This document shows positions 12,164 through 24,480 of a stretch of DNA of 64,000 nt, in pieces. The position numbers and the translations under genes are program-made. This DNA is from Callorhinchus milii (lineage: Eukaryota). Positions within the stretch are counted from its first letter, which is position 1. Every line of letters starts with the position of its first letter. Where the stretch lies: contig NW_024704750.1 in NCBI RefSeq assembly GCF_018977255.1, forward strand, positions 14,074,001 to 14,138,000. The letters run 5' to 3'. The notes beneath the pieces were generated by a model that did not search any database, was not told where the DNA came from, and saw only the letters and a program-made list of their open reading frames with translations.

Positions 12164-13075
12164 CAACAACAACGAAATTAAATTTGTATAGAGCCTTTCA
12201 CGTCGGGAGGACGTCCCAAGGCGCTGGACAAACAGAGTTACGGACCCGACCTGAGGGTCAGGGTGGGGGGTGGAGGGCAGGGGGGGGGAAAGCCGGGAGA
12301 TCGAAAGCACGGTCGAAGATGAGAGTCTTGAGGTGGGTCTTGAAGGTGCCGAGGGAGGGGGCAAGACGGAGGGAATGCGGGATGGAGTGACAGAGGGTGG
12401 GGGCAGAGTGGCCCACTACATGAAGCAGGTCGGAGCCTACTGAGCAGATGGAGCTAACAGGGTGGTAGGGGGTTAGGAGGTTGGAGAGGTAGGGGAGGAG
12501 CAAGACCGTGGAGGGCTTTGAAGGTGAGGACCAGGATCTTGAACTGTATCCTCTGTGTGATGGGAAGCTAGTGGCGTTGGGCAAGGATGGGAGTGATAGT
12601 GTCGCAGAGCCTAGTGCAGGAGAGGACATGGGCCGCAGGGCTCTGGATGATCTGCAGCCTGTGGAGGGAGGAGTTGGGGAGGCCGACAAGCAGTGAGTTT
12701 GCATAGTCGGGCCTTGATGTAATGAAGGTGTGTATGAGGGCTTTGGCGGCCTGCGGTGTTGGAGCCGGGTGACGTTGTGGAGGTGGGGGAAGGCAGAGCA
12801 GGTCATGGCACAGATGTGGGGTAAGAAGGATAGTTGAGTGTCAAACAAGACCCCAAGGTTCCGGACTGGCTCAGTGAGGTGGAGTGTGCAACCATGGATA
12901 GTGATGCTGTCAGCGCCTGCGGTGAGGAGGCGCTGACAGGAACCAATCAGGAGAGCCTTGGTCTTGTTGACGTTCAAGTGAAGAAAGTTAGCTCTCATCC
13001 AGGACTTGATGTCTGACAGACATTCTGCCGGAGTCCTGGAGTCAAGGTAGAGTTGGCTGTCATCCGCATGTGGAT
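12164..13075 (-). mobile_element. L2 LINE 3' fragment with degenerate RT C-terminus (frameshifted)
   Basis: ORF 12258..13106 contains HADDSQLY (YADD motif), CLSDIKSWMRANFLHLNVNKTK, VRNLGVLFD and FKTHLKTLIF, ending in a type A tail plus (TTG)n. Confidence 0.93.
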
Positions 13076-13242
13076 CAACTGTGAGTTTAAAAATTGATGC
13101 AGTCACCCATTTTTTTGAGAAATGTATCTTGGATCAGTCAGTAGAGGGCTTGAGAATTTAACTTTCAGTATAAGACAATTTGTGAAGTTAGAACCGCAAA
13201 ACTGGGACAGAAGCCAATCTAAGAGCACCACTAGCATCGCTT

Positions 13243-13358
13243 GTGTTCGCCCACAAAATACACAGTCAATCCACTTTACAATATATCCTGTGAAGCGCTT
13301 TGAGTTTTCTCAATGATGTGATAATCCGCTGTATCAAATGTAAGGATTATTATTATTG
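13243..13358 (+). mobile_element. SINE 3' tail fragment
   Basis: gttcgcccacaaaatacacagtcaatccactttac...aaatgtaaggattattatt. Confidence 0.8.
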
Positions 13359-13394
13359 AAGAAACTTACAAGATCAAAAGTTTGAACACCCACA

Positions 13395-13565
13395 AATCAC
13401 AGCATCATGTTTTGCTTTTTTAAACAAGTCCAGTGTCCTGGCCTCAACCTGTTTTCATTGTTAATTAATGGGTAAAAAAACACTTCCTAGTGCCTGTCCT
13501 GAAATTGTCCTTTGCAATTCTAAACCAGCGACCTCTTGTTCTACTGTCTAGGTGTGGTCCAAGGT
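13395..13565 (-). mobile_element. CR1 LINE 3' fragment
   Basis: atcacagcatca...tttttaaacaagtccagtgtcctggcctcaacc...gtcctgaaattgtcctttgcaattctaaaccagcgacctcttgttct (TRGH.F...KG.FR), homologous to 16860-17155. Confidence 0.7.
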
Positions 13566-13924
13566 ATTGGCATTTTCAATGCGGTTTCAAATTGTAATTT
13601 ATATTCCATCAGTGCTGGGTGTGGATACAAAGCTTAAGAAGAAACAATACCCCAACTCACCAATAGCTGCATTCTGTTCTGGCGATCACTCACCACAATT
13701 CTCTGTGCCTCAGTTTGCGAGGAGCTGAACAGCCACACTGCTCTGTGCTCACTGACTGTTTCATGACACGAGATTTGTTATTTTCCAGTTCTGATAAGCC
13801 TTGGAGTTTAATAAGATCGGGCATTCCATTCTCTTCCAAACCATATAATATTAAGACTAAAAGAGCTTTAATTCTATCTTTCTTTGTGAGATGAATAGGC
13901 TATTTAGCAGAAAATTGAAATATC

Positions 13925-14100
13925 AGTCACTGCAATTACTGGAAAATGATGAGTTCGACTGAACCAGTTTCTGCCTGATTGAAGCAGACTCTTGATGGCA
14001 AGTGATACCACTGTGTTGAATGTTTGTTGCCTTACTAATTAAAGTATAAAATATGGGGTTTGGAGCTGTATTTTGTGCCAGATAGAAAGGAGAATTGATT
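13925..14100 (-). mobile_element. Possible ancient L2 RT remnant
   Basis: LAQNTAPNPIFYTL...IQHSGITCHQESA weakly echoes VPQGSVLGPLLF.LY...HGI.FH.YAD. Similar relics occur at 14700-14860 (SGPLLF) and 11690-11800 (LPILLIVDFK). Confidence 0.3.
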
Positions 14101-15515
14101 TTAATTAACTGTTTTGCAGTCAAAGAATTCCATTCTCTTATTGAAGGAAATCACCAGCAAACATTGGATGGAGGCAAGAAATAAAAAGAAGATGTTATCT
14201 CTCTCTCACACACACATCGCACATCAGGAGGAAGTCTCAAAGCGCTCAATAGGTGAAGTCTAAACACAGTGTAATGATACTGTATGAAGCATTTTGGAAC
14301 ATACAGAGTAGCTACAAAGTGAGCCAGGATGACATCTTCCTGCTTTACTCAACAAACAACAACTTGCATTTATATAGAGCATTTTACCCAGGATAGCGTC
14401 TCAGAGCACTACTCCTTGGGTTATTTCTGATGGGCAGGTTTCACTGCCATCCTTGATCATTTTATTAAGGCGAAGGCATAGAAAACGATTGATTCCTTAA
14501 TGTTATGACATTAACATTAAGGAATCAGTCTCCCGCACTACAGAGACATTACCAGCACTCTTGAGATGTGCTGTTAAGATTTAAAAATGCTTAGGACCTA
14601 AACTGATTAGAAGGATCAGACCATATAACAACTTGCATTTCTGTAGCGCCCTTCATGCAGGATACAGTGACGGAGTACTGAATAATTGTTAAGAGTAGTT
14701 TAGAATACAGGTACAGAGCTGGTATGCTGCTCAATGACTCTCAACAGGTGGAGTTTAAGAATAGTGTGATGAAACAGCAGAGGGCCAGAGATACTAACAC
14801 AAGAGATAAAAGATGTACAAATACTGTAAAGCAAACTATGAGCTGAACATGACTGGCTTTCATTATTCAAGTGCAGGAACTGCACTGTCCAGATAGGAGA
14901 AGATTTATGGATTAACAAAATAATTGTCTGTTTCAGCTGCTGATATGAACTGTTCATTTATTTTACCTCTGTATTCCTGTATGGGATTTCAACACAGCAG
15001 GTGTCAGCTAGGACTGTAGATCAGGTAATGCAAAGGAATGTTTTATCAGTTTGTACACGATTAATCACCTCATAAAATATAGCTTTACCTTTTCACTCGC
15101 CAGAGGTTAATAAATAAGGTTTCTTTGGAATGAAAAAAATAGTTGTGGTTGATAGCGTTTCGCTATATTTCATTCGAGAGATAGGGCCAAAAAAGATATA
15201 ACGCTTTTCATAGAAAAACTCGATCATAAAGAGTTAGAAGGAAAAGATACCTGGAGCATCTTTTATTCGAGTGAAGATGTGACAAGGAGGCGATGTTAAA
15301 TTAGGGCTCTGGAAAGCATTATGCTTCAAAGTAGCAAAGGATATATGTCTTGTGCTGTCAAATGGATTTTTATTAAGTTAAATCTTGTTTTTTTGCAGTG
15401 TACGGAACAATATAAAGACACTCAGTGCAACATAAGGGATGTAGATGTGCTCTCAGGTGCATATCTTGCAGTTGTGAACAATTCTATTCTAATCCTCATG
15501 TGACCCCTTTATTTA

Positions 15516-15898
15516 TAATACTAATCCTTTGCATTTGATATAGCGCCTTATCACATTATTGAGACGTCTCGAAGCGCTTCATAGAATATATTGTAAACTG
15601 GATTGACTGTGTATTTTGTGAATGAAATATTGCAGCCAATTGGGAGCAGCAGCGTCCCGCAAGCAGTTGTGGATTGAGTGACCAAATGTATTTATTTATT
15701 GAGTTAGTTTCGGAGGGATTCTTACCCTGGAAAGTGATCTGCCAAATCGACTAACAACTGGGTTCCTGCTTACTGCTAGGGTAAACAGTGGTGTGAGGAG
15801 TAAGGAAATTTGCCTAAGATTTCACCTTGCTTGGCCATCGAACCCAAATCTTCTCGCTTGCGAGGTAAGCACAGTAACCATTGTGCTACAGGACTCCA
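15516..15898 (-). mobile_element. Full-length tRNA-SINE, long form
   Basis: Head (…tacaggactcca), insert (tcgactaacaactgggttcctgcttactgctagggtaaacag) and tail are all present. Confidence 0.88.
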
Positions 15899-16119
15899 AA
15901 AATAATCATTTTAAATTTCTTGCATATGAGACAGGCAAAAAAAGCCCTCTGAATTCAGTTTGAATATTAGGGAAGCTGTAAGACATGTGATTAGTGGTAG
16001 GACGGATGTCCAGACGTCCCATGAAGTGCTTTGAGAGGTCCTCCTGTGAAAGGTGCAAAATAAATCTACATTGTGTGGTACAAATTAGACTTGAAATTCA
16101 TCTGAGTCTTGAAAGCAAA

Positions 16120-16375
16120 TATCTTACAAGGGATCATATATAAAATTTTAAGTGGGATTGAGAGAGTAAATACTTTTGGATACACCAAGACAGTGCAACA
16201 GGAGGACAGGTTCTCGCCTTGTGATGTCCTCCCGATGTGAAAGGCGCTCCATAAATTTAATTTTGTTGTTGTTGTAGGTTGTCAGTAAAGGTGGTAGAGG
16301 CAAGGACACTGGACTCATTTAAAAAGCAGCTTAATGTAGTGATTGGGGGGGGTGGTAGGATGGTTGGCCTTCTTC
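16120..16375 (+). mobile_element. CR1 3' fragment interrupted by an L2 tail (about 16215-16275)
   Basis: …atatataaaattttaagtgggattgagagagta…gacagtgcaacaggaggac, then …KVVEARTLDSFKKQLNV (CR1 C-terminus); gatgtcctcccgatgtgaaaggcgc…ttgttg lies between them. Confidence 0.7.
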
Positions 16376-16854
16376 CAGACCTCTCTTGTGATCTTGTGAC
16401 TGCTGCAAAATTGACTCTGAAAATATCTTGTGGTAAATGTTCTGAAAATGGAATCGAAGAAACGTACCAAACGGCAAGACCTTTCTGGGACCAGTTGGTA
16501 TGAGACCAAGCCAGGACCTGAGGAGTTATGTAGGAATACAGCTTCCTGTAACTCAGCTCAAAGCTCCACTGCGGTGTTCCCACCCTAGGAAGCTCCTAGT
16601 GTATCTAACTCCATATAACCTGCAGGATTTGCCATTTGCCTTCTGCCTTCATTGAGTTAATTTTTTTTTAAAAAGTGACCTAAAACATCATCGCATCTTG
16701 TGATGCACGCAGTACATTGTGTTACTCGGCTTTTACCAGAGCAACAATGGCCCTTCAAGAAGAAGATTTATGGTGTCATTCTGACCTTTGCAAGTGCCAA
16801 TTTGAGAAAGGATTAACACCTCATACATCTCAAGGTCTAAGATCTGTTTGGTGA

Positions 16855-17155
16855 AGAAGGCCTTTTAGCTCATTTGATCTCTTTCTTCCAGAATACCTAG
16901 TATCGCATCCTCCCATCACAGCATCAAACTGTTGTTATTTAAATGAAAGGGGACTGGACTCAGCCACCAACTTGATGATATCTGTCCTGAAATTGCCCTT
17001 TGCAACTCTAAACCTGTGCCCTCTTGTTCTACTGTCATGACACATCCTAAAGTAATGATCTGGGTTTACTTTTTCAATCCCAATCAAAATTTTGTACACT
17101 TCTATGAGATCCCTCTGAGTCATCTTTTCTCAAGACTGAAGAGCCCTAGCTTGTC
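16855..17155 (-). mobile_element. CR1 LINE 3' end
   Basis: ORF 16935..17123: RDLIEVYKILIGIEKVNPDHYF…SRTRGHRFRVAKGNFRTD is the canonical CR1 ORF2 C-terminus, followed by the 3' UTR. Confidence 0.9.
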
Positions 17156-17168
17156 ATGCTATTGCTTT

Positions 17169-17494
17169 GTGGAGTCCTGTAGCTCAGTGGTTAGAGCACT
17201 CGCTTTGAAAGTGAGAGACTTTGAAAGTTCAATTCCAGGCAGGACGAAACCTTGGGCAAGTTTCCTTACTCCACACGCCTAATAATAATCCCTCTAAAAC
17301 CACAAAAAATAATAATAAATTGGTCATTTTAAATCTAAGACTGTTTGTGGGACATTGCTGTGCGCAATTGGCTGCTGCGTTCGCCCACAAATATACAGTC
17401 AATTCACTTTACAGTGTGTTCTGTGAAGTGCTTTGGGACGTCCTCCCGACGTGAAAAGCGCTATATCAAATGCAAGGATTATTATTATTATTAT
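17169..17494 (+). mobile_element. Full-length young tRNA-SINE, short form
   Basis: Same structure as 4343-4670 with few differences. Confidence 0.93.
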
Positions 17495-17499
17495 GATTT

Positions 17500-17630
17500 C
17501 TCACATGCACAGACTGACACAAAGACATACATACACAAGCACGCAGACACTCGCAGACACACATGCACATACAGACACAAACACACTCACAGACAAAAAC
17601 AAATACATAAACATATCTACAGACACACAA
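17500..17630. repeat. Degenerate CA-rich microsatellite
   Basis: cacagactgacacaaagacatacatacacaagcacgcagacac... Confidence 0.8.
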
Positions 17631-18482
17631 AAAGAAACCTTGAAACAGTACAAATTACTCAGATACTGAATAATAATAATAATAATCCTTGTATTTGAAA
17701 AAGTGCCTCATTGTTTCGTTAAGAAATCTCAAAACCTTTCGCAGGATAACAACACCAATTTGCATTTGCATATGGTGCCCCTAATGCAGGGTAGGGTCCC
17801 AGAGTGCTTGACAGTGGCAGACTATGGGGATATACTGTAAGCCCAGATCTTTTAAACGCATTTAGCTAGAGACAATGAACATATTTGAAAGGGAATGAGG
17901 TACTGAAGGGAGTCAGCTGTTTAAAATACTAACTTGTTAGAGTCCTGGCACAGTAGGAGCATTACTGCCACATTCTGGAATGGACCAGCTTGGTTGGAGT
18001 GAAGCGGATCAAATACTTTAATAGCCGCTATTTATTAAGTAGAATTCCCTCTCTATAGATTTTAATATCCCTCATTCGCATATGCAACAGATGGTGCCGC
18101 TCTGCATGTCAGAGAATAAAAATCCTTTTTGGGACCTTAATTCCTTTGCAGCTATACAAATGTGCACATTATAGGTAATGCTAAAACCCTTAGGTTGTAA
18201 TTTTTTTATCTCGTAACTTTCAATAGGATCCAGAGTACTTCAGCTAAGCATGATTTATCAGTCTTCAACCGTTGCTGTTGTCTCCTCTGTTTCACACAAC
18301 TCCTCATGAATTCTGTCACGAGCAGAGGCCTGATTCCGTTTGTGGCTGATTTGCCTGATTTCACCCTGCCACTTGACGCTGAGGGGTAGTACAAGAGCTT
18401 CTGGGTCAATGGCCGGTGACTTTCATGTTCGAGTCTGTGATCTTTTGTTCCAGCAAAATTTTGGTATGTCAAGAAGCATGTT

Positions 18483-18805
18483 ATAATAATAATAATAATA
18501 ATCCTTGCATTTGATATAGCGCTTTTCACGTCGGGAGGACGTCCCAAAGCGCTTCACAGAACACACTGTAAAGTGAATTGACTGTATATTTGTGGGCGAA
18601 CGCGGCAGCCAATTGCGCACAGCAATGTCCCACAAACAGTCATGGATTGAAAATGACCAATTTATTATTGTTTTGTTTTTTTGGAGGGATTATTATTAGG
18701 CGTGTGGAGTAAGGAAACTTGCCCAAGGTTTCGCCCTGCCTGGAATTGAACTCAGGTCTCTCGCTTGCAAAGCGAGTGCTCTAACCACTGAGCTACAGGA
18801 CTCCA
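18483..18805 (-). mobile_element. Full-length young tRNA-SINE, short form
   Basis: Reverse complement is nearly identical to 4343-4670, with CpGs retained. Confidence 0.95.
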
Positions 18806-18974
18806 GGTTATAGAAACCTGCTTCCCCTCCCTCAATCCCCCCCCCGCTGTCCCGTCCCACCCCACACACGCCAATTTTTTGAATCTCTGAGCTTCGGAAC
18901 CAATAGCAGTTTGGGAACTTAGGAACAGGATAAATATAAGTTAAATAATATAATGATGATAATAATCCTTACGC

Positions 18975-19145
18975 TGTATGTTGTGTGTCAGTGCGTGTTG
19001 TGCATCTGTGTGTGTGTTGTGTATCTGTGCGTGTCACTGTGTCTGCGCTCATTTGGGTGCGTTGTGTGTCCATGTGTGTGTATGTACGTGTTGCGTGTCT
19101 GTCAGTGTGTTGTCTGTCTATCTGCGTGTTTGTATGTGTGTGCGC
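18975..19145. repeat. Degenerate GT-rich microsatellite, continuing at 19685-19755 after the L2 insertion
   Basis: tgtatgttgtgtgtcagtgcgtgttgtg... Confidence 0.8.
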
Positions 19146-19150
19146 TCCAA

Positions 19151-19684
19151 GCCAGTCCCCCCAGCTCCACTATTCAAAAAAATCCAGCTCATTCAGAACT
19201 CTGCTGCCCACATTCTTACCTGGACCAAAATCCGTATCCTCATCTCACCAGTTCTGGCCAGGCTCCGCTGGCTCCCCATCACCGAATGGATCGACTTCAA
19301 GATCCTCACACTCGTGTTCAAATCGCTTCACTCCCTGGCAACCTCCCTGACCTCCTCACTCCCTAATCCACCACCCGGCGCCTCCGCTCGCCTGCCATCG
19401 GCCTCCTGCTTGTCCCTCGCATCTCCGCTCCATTTTTGGAGGTCGTGCTTTCAACCACTACGCTCCAAAACTTTGGAACACTCTCCCTCAATCCCTCCGC
19501 CTTGCCCCCTCGCTCCCCTTTTTCAAGTTCCACCTTAAAATCTTCCTTCTCGACCATGCTTACGGTCACCTCCCCCCGCTTCCCCCCCACCCGCCGCATC
19601 TCAGAGTCAGGCTCCGCCATTGTTAAGTGCTCTGAGATGCTGCCCTGCGTGGAGGGCGCTATATAAGTGCAAGTTGTTGTTGTT
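19151..19684 (+). mobile_element. L2 3' fragment (type B tail)
   Basis: KIQLIQNSAAHILT…ISPVLARLRWLPITEWIDFKILTLVFKSLH is L2 ORF2; it ends gttaagtgctctgagatgctgccctgcgtggagggcgctatataagtgcaagttgttg. Confidence 0.93.
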
Positions 19685-20647
19685 TACGTGTGTCTATATA
19701 TGCGTGTGTCTCTTTTTGTGTGTGTGTGCATGTGTGTGCATGTGGTGCATGTGGTGGAAGATGGGGTAGGTTGAGGGGATTAAAATTCTCATGCTGCACA
19801 GATTTATTGCTTTAATTTCAGACCATGTGTACTGCTTTCATGATTCTGTTATGCTGTCTTATTATTAACCATTAGCTGAAGTGATGAACGTTTGTTTACA
19901 CACAAACACGATATTTCTTGGTCTGCGAATGAATTATTCAGGAAGATGTTCCTCACCAACTTTAATTTGCCTCATAATGTAATGCAATGTAGCAGAAAGG
20001 AACTGAGGGAAACTTCACTCTAAAGGCCAACTGGTGCAGGTCTTGTGCACAGTCGTAGACTTATAGTGGGGATCCAATGATCTTTTTATTTTATTGCCAT
20101 TTTTAGTCAATAAAAATAAGACGCTGTGCAGATGTACAGCTTCTGCTTCAGTGGACGTGTTAATGTCAGTGCCAACGGAAGTTTCGACATATGGTGCCAA
20201 AAGAACATTCCTGATTGCAACTGTCCTTAGACTCCATTTGATGTTTCTTAAAAAAGAATATGGATGGTTCTGCTATTGGGATATTTTTACATCTACTCAA
20301 TGTAGCTACTCTCAAAAAGACTACTTGAAAAGAAAAGTGTGTTTCTCCCATTGTCCTGGGGAACAAGACACACAAATAAATAGCCATCTGTGGGACACCT
20401 TGGTTTGCTGCATTTACCTACAAAATATACAATTACTCCATTTTACAGTATATCTATTGAAACTCTTTGAAACCCCCCCATCCTCGCACAGCAGTGATGC
20501 ACAAACAGTCGTGGAATGAGTGACCAAATTATTGTTATTATTTATTTATTTAATTAGGAATTATTACCCCTGGAAAAGAAACCATCCACCAATCGACTAA
20601 CAACCGGGTTCCCATTTGCTGCTAGGTAAACAGAGTTGTGTGGAGTT

Positions 20648-21560
20648 ACATAAGAAATGCTAGACGCAAAAAGACCAAAGTCCATCTAGTTTGCCTTCCA
20701 CCTTCCTGGCGGTCACATGCACATATGTCTCAAACTACCTATGTACTATATCCCATAATGTTATTTGCTGAAAGAAAATGGAATATGAGAGTAAACTGGC
20801 TAGGAACATAAAGACAGATTGTAAGAATTTTTGCAAGTACATAAAGAGAAAAGACTATCAAAAGTGAATGTGGGTCCATTGCAGGCAGAGATGGGAGAAA
20901 TTATAATGGGGAATAAAGAAATGGCAGAGTCATTAAACAAATATTTTGCTTCTGTCTTCACATTAGAGGACACTGAAAATTTACCGAAAATTGAGTGGAA
21001 CCTGGAGGCTAATGTTAGTGAGGAACTTAAATAGAATAGAATATAGAAGAATTAAAGGTGATCTTATAGAAACCTATAAAATTCTTGAGGGTCTTGACAG
21101 GGTAGATGCCGTGAGACCGTTTCCCCTGGTTGGAGAATCTAAAACTAGGGGTCATAGTCTCAAGATTAAGAGTCAGCCTTTTCGAAATGAGTTGAGGAAA
21201 CAGGGATTAAGGGATATGGGGACAGGGCGGGTAAATGGAATTAGGTTAGAAGATCAGCCATGATCTTATTAAATGGCGGGGCAGGCTCAAGCGGCCGAAT
21301 GGCCTACTCCTGCTCCTACGTCTTATGGACTTTTGGTCTTAAAACTCTCTAATCTGTGTTTGAAAGAATCAAGACTTCCTGCTTCAACCGTTTCCCTAGG
21401 GAGCCTGTTCCACAGGTTCACTATTCGCTCACTGAAATAGTGTTGCGTAGATTCCTCCTCGTGTCCTCTGGTTTTACTATTCTGGACAAGTTGAAACAGC
21501 TTGTCATGATCTATTAGTCTATTAGTCGCTCCTCAGAGTCCAGTCCTTCCATTCCCTCAA
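20648..21560 (-). mobile_element. CR1-like 3' end split into 20648-20765 and 21328-21560
   Basis: acataagaaatgctagacgcaaaaagacca..gtccatctag is the minus-strand tail; gcttcaaccgtttccctagggagcctgttccacaggttcactattcg reads R.VNLWNRLP..V; gtgtcctctggt reads TRGH. Confidence 0.7.
20770..21327 (+). mobile_element. CR1 (HER1-like) LINE with internal deletions removing RT
   Basis: KRLSKVNVGPLQAEMGEIIMGNKEMAESLNKYFASVFT (EN-RT linker) is joined to RRIKGDLIETYKIL…ESKTRGHSLKI (C-terminus), then the HE1/HER1-type tail gatcagccatgatc…aatggcggggcaggctc…ggccgaatggcctactcctgctcct…tcttatg. Confidence 0.9.
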
Positions 21561-22269
21561 ACATTTTGGTTGAGCAAGGAAGCTTTCCCAATTTTTCGCT
21601 CTGGCCTCAAATCGAACCCAGATCCTCTTGCTTGCGAGGCGAGTGCTCCAGCCACTAAGCTACAGGACCCAATTAGAAGTGAGGAGACAGAACACTCTGA
21701 CTAGTAACTGGGACTCACAGTGGTGCTAAAGGAATGTGTTCTTTTTAAACGCATTTGACCTCGGGTGTCCTTTGGTGTGAGGTTTCCAAATTTATGTATG
21801 GAACTTTGACATGGGTTTGAAAGACTAGCGCCTCACACAATAATGCATGGAGGGGGATACATGGGATTTTGTTTTTTATCAGAAGAAGAAGGAATAAATA
21901 GCCAGAAACTCTTATCAAATTTTGCTGTGTGTATAATATGTCAGAAAGGCGCCCCCCAAATAGCCACTGAGTACAGCACATTTGCACTAGGTGTTGGTTC
22001 AATGAACAAAATATATACAGCTACAAAACAGTCTCTTAAGCCTATAATCTTCAGGGTTTAATGAGATTTGCTTGTTGAACCAAGAGATACCTGCCTCCAG
22101 GCAACCTTCACAGCCTGGAGTCAGTGGGGCTCCTGTAGAAAGATGGGAGCAGTCAAATGTGTCTTGAGCAAAGCTGACAAAAGAGTTCATTGAAATACCA
22201 GTGGATTTTATGTGGCAAAGGTTCGATAAAACAATATCTCCTAGAATACTTTCCTTAATCCAAGCCAGG

Positions 22270-22642
22270 ATTGTTGAGGACCTTGCGACATCCTCCCCTT
22301 GCGAAAGGCCCTACATAAATGTGAAATTGTATTGTACTAATCATGTTAACCTGTTAACCTGCAATTGCACCCTGGCTCGGAATCAGGCTCCGTCATTGTT
22401 AAGCTCTGTGGGATGCCGCCCGGTGTGGAGAGCGCAATATAAATGCAAGTTATTGTTGAACATTATTGTCATCCTCCCCCATAATCATCTTCTAGAAAAG
22501 GAGCTGGGCTTTTAATAAGTTTGAGAAAATATTACCAGTTAGAAGACGGGATATTTTCCACGCTTCTCAGAGTAAGCAAGCTCAGAGAGATAGCCAGTGC
22601 ACTAAGCGCTCTGAGATATAAATCCAAGTTGTTGTTGTTGTT
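22270..22642 (+). mobile_element. Cluster of three short L2 tails
   Basis: Tails end at about 22335, 22458 and 22642, each with (g)cgc..tataaatg(c)aagttgttg-like termini. Confidence 0.6.
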
Positions 22643-23569
22643 GCCAGGGCATGAAGTGACTTGTACATGAGCATGAGAATCATGAAAGCGATCTGTTTTG
22701 TAATAGGGAGTCAGTGGAGCCTGGGAAGAACTGTGGCGATGGGGCTATGGAGTTTGGTTGGGGCTAGCTGGACAAGCAGTGGGATGCTCAAACATAAGCC
22801 TAGAAATGATGCCCTGATGTAATATGGGTAAGCAGACGGTATCACGTCCGTTCGCCAAGCAATGCCCTATGAAAGAACAATCCAATGTTTCCCAACAGAT
22901 TTACCCAGATTTACATTGCAATGCTCACCCCCACAAACTCAATTCCCAACCAATGCAAACTTAAGTATGGATTTTTCCAAAACAGATGGACAAAGCGGTG
23001 GATTAATTCAGAGCCATTTCTGTTTTAAACTTCTGCATTACTTCTGCTGTGAGCTGACTGTGTATTGAGTTTTCATTCTGTTCACTGACTGTTCCGCTCT
23101 GCCTGCTGACCTGATTGATTTCCACAGGATCTGAGGTGCGTAACATTACAGTGAGTTCCCAAAATGAGTGACGAGAGGGCCGTGAATCTACCAAACCTGC
23201 TCACTTTAAGGTCGGAGCAGGCTTGATGTTTGCCTTGTTGTGGCAACCTCTAACCTCACTCACTTTCCAGGGATGTGACCGCACTCCAAGACGATAAAGC
23301 CTGCTGAAATTTCTCCGCGATTCATTAAAATAATCGAGCAAAAGTCCAGGTTATTAACCGAGTTCTGGAATTGGTACAATTCAACTCTGACCTTTGCACT
23401 TTATACATTTTGTTCCTCATTTCATAAACCAGTGAGCTCTGCAGGCTGTTTGACTATCTGCTCTTACCCTTGTAACCCTATAATCCCATTCGTAACCAGA
23501 CATATCTTTCGCCTCCCACACTCCAGCTCCGGTGCCCAGCTAGTAGTTTGAAGCATTTTGAGATGTATC

Positions 23570-23679
23570 GCCACAAAATACACAGTCAATCCACTTCACA
23601 GTATATCCTGTGAAGCACGTTGAGACGTCTCAATAACTTGATAAGGTGCTATATCAAATACAAGGATTATTATTATTAT
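23570..23679 (+). mobile_element. SINE 3' tail fragment
   Basis: ccacaaaatacacagtcaatccacttcacagtatatcctgtgaagc…aaatacaaggattattatt. Confidence 0.8.
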
Positions 23680-24164
23680 GTCCCCCCATTGTGCAAGGCG
23701 CTGTATAAATGTAAGTTGTATTGCATCTATCCAGCCACTTAATTTTTGAAGACATTTATCAATAATGTTAACTAATTTTACCAGGTAGCAATTCCACAAA
23801 TCAACTGTTGGCTGGGATTGCGTGGAGAGGAGGTTTCAGGCACTTTGTGTCCATGGTCTCTCGTTGTCTGATCACTATCTTAACTTCAAAATCCTGCTCA
23901 CTACTGCACAGTCCATGGTCCTCAATCTGTTAAAAGCCTCAATCATTTCTCTCTGCAAATTCAGCTCTGCAAGCGAATAATTCTGGTCATGTCTCTGTCT
24001 TTCATACACATGCAAACCATTAGGAAACATCTAATTTTTTATATTACAATGATTTCTACTGTGTGCTAAAAAACTGCCCTTTCTGGCTCAGACACATTTG
24101 CTTCTGATTTCATTGAGGTTTACTGTTGCTTTCTCATGTAATAAATTTTACAGTGTCCATAAAA

Positions 24165-24480
24165 TTTTACAGAACAGAAAAAGACCAGTCGGGTATTGGG
24201 TCTGTGCCATCTCTCTAAAAGAGAGATTCATTTAGTCTCCATCCAGTATCTGCCCTTCCCCATAATGCTTTTATGTTCTTCTTTTGTCCAATTCTCTTTT
24301 AACAGCTGGTATGGATTCTACTTCTTCTACCAGAGTGTTTCATCAGGAAGTGATTTCAGTCCTCTCACTGACTTTTGTGGAATCAGATGTCTCTTTAGCA
24401 GAAAGCGTCAGTGTTTTCTTCTCCGCTTTCCTCGCGGACGCATGCATGACACTGCCTTTTGGGTAGATCTGTAGCTTGGT
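24165..24480 (-). mobile_element. Old CR1 3' fragment
   Basis: acagaacagaaaaagaccagtcgg…ccaattctcttttaac…ggattctacttcttctacc…gatttcagtcctctcac resembles minus-strand CR1 ends. Confidence 0.5.

Larger units (their letters stand above)
20482..21670 (-). mobile_element. tRNA-SINE long form split into 20482-20647 and 21571-21670 by LINE insertions
   Basis: …ctaggtaaacagagttgtgtggag continues as gagcaaggaagctttcccaa…ccactaagctacaggac, colinear with the intact copy at 15516-15898. Confidence 0.8.

Noticed and set aside
12258-13106. Longest ORF (282 aa)
   Set aside because: Frameshifted L2 relic (HADD instead of YADD, drifts out of frame midway); not a host gene.
18953-19538. Cys/Val-rich ORFs
   Set aside because: Translation of a GT microsatellite running into an L2 fragment.
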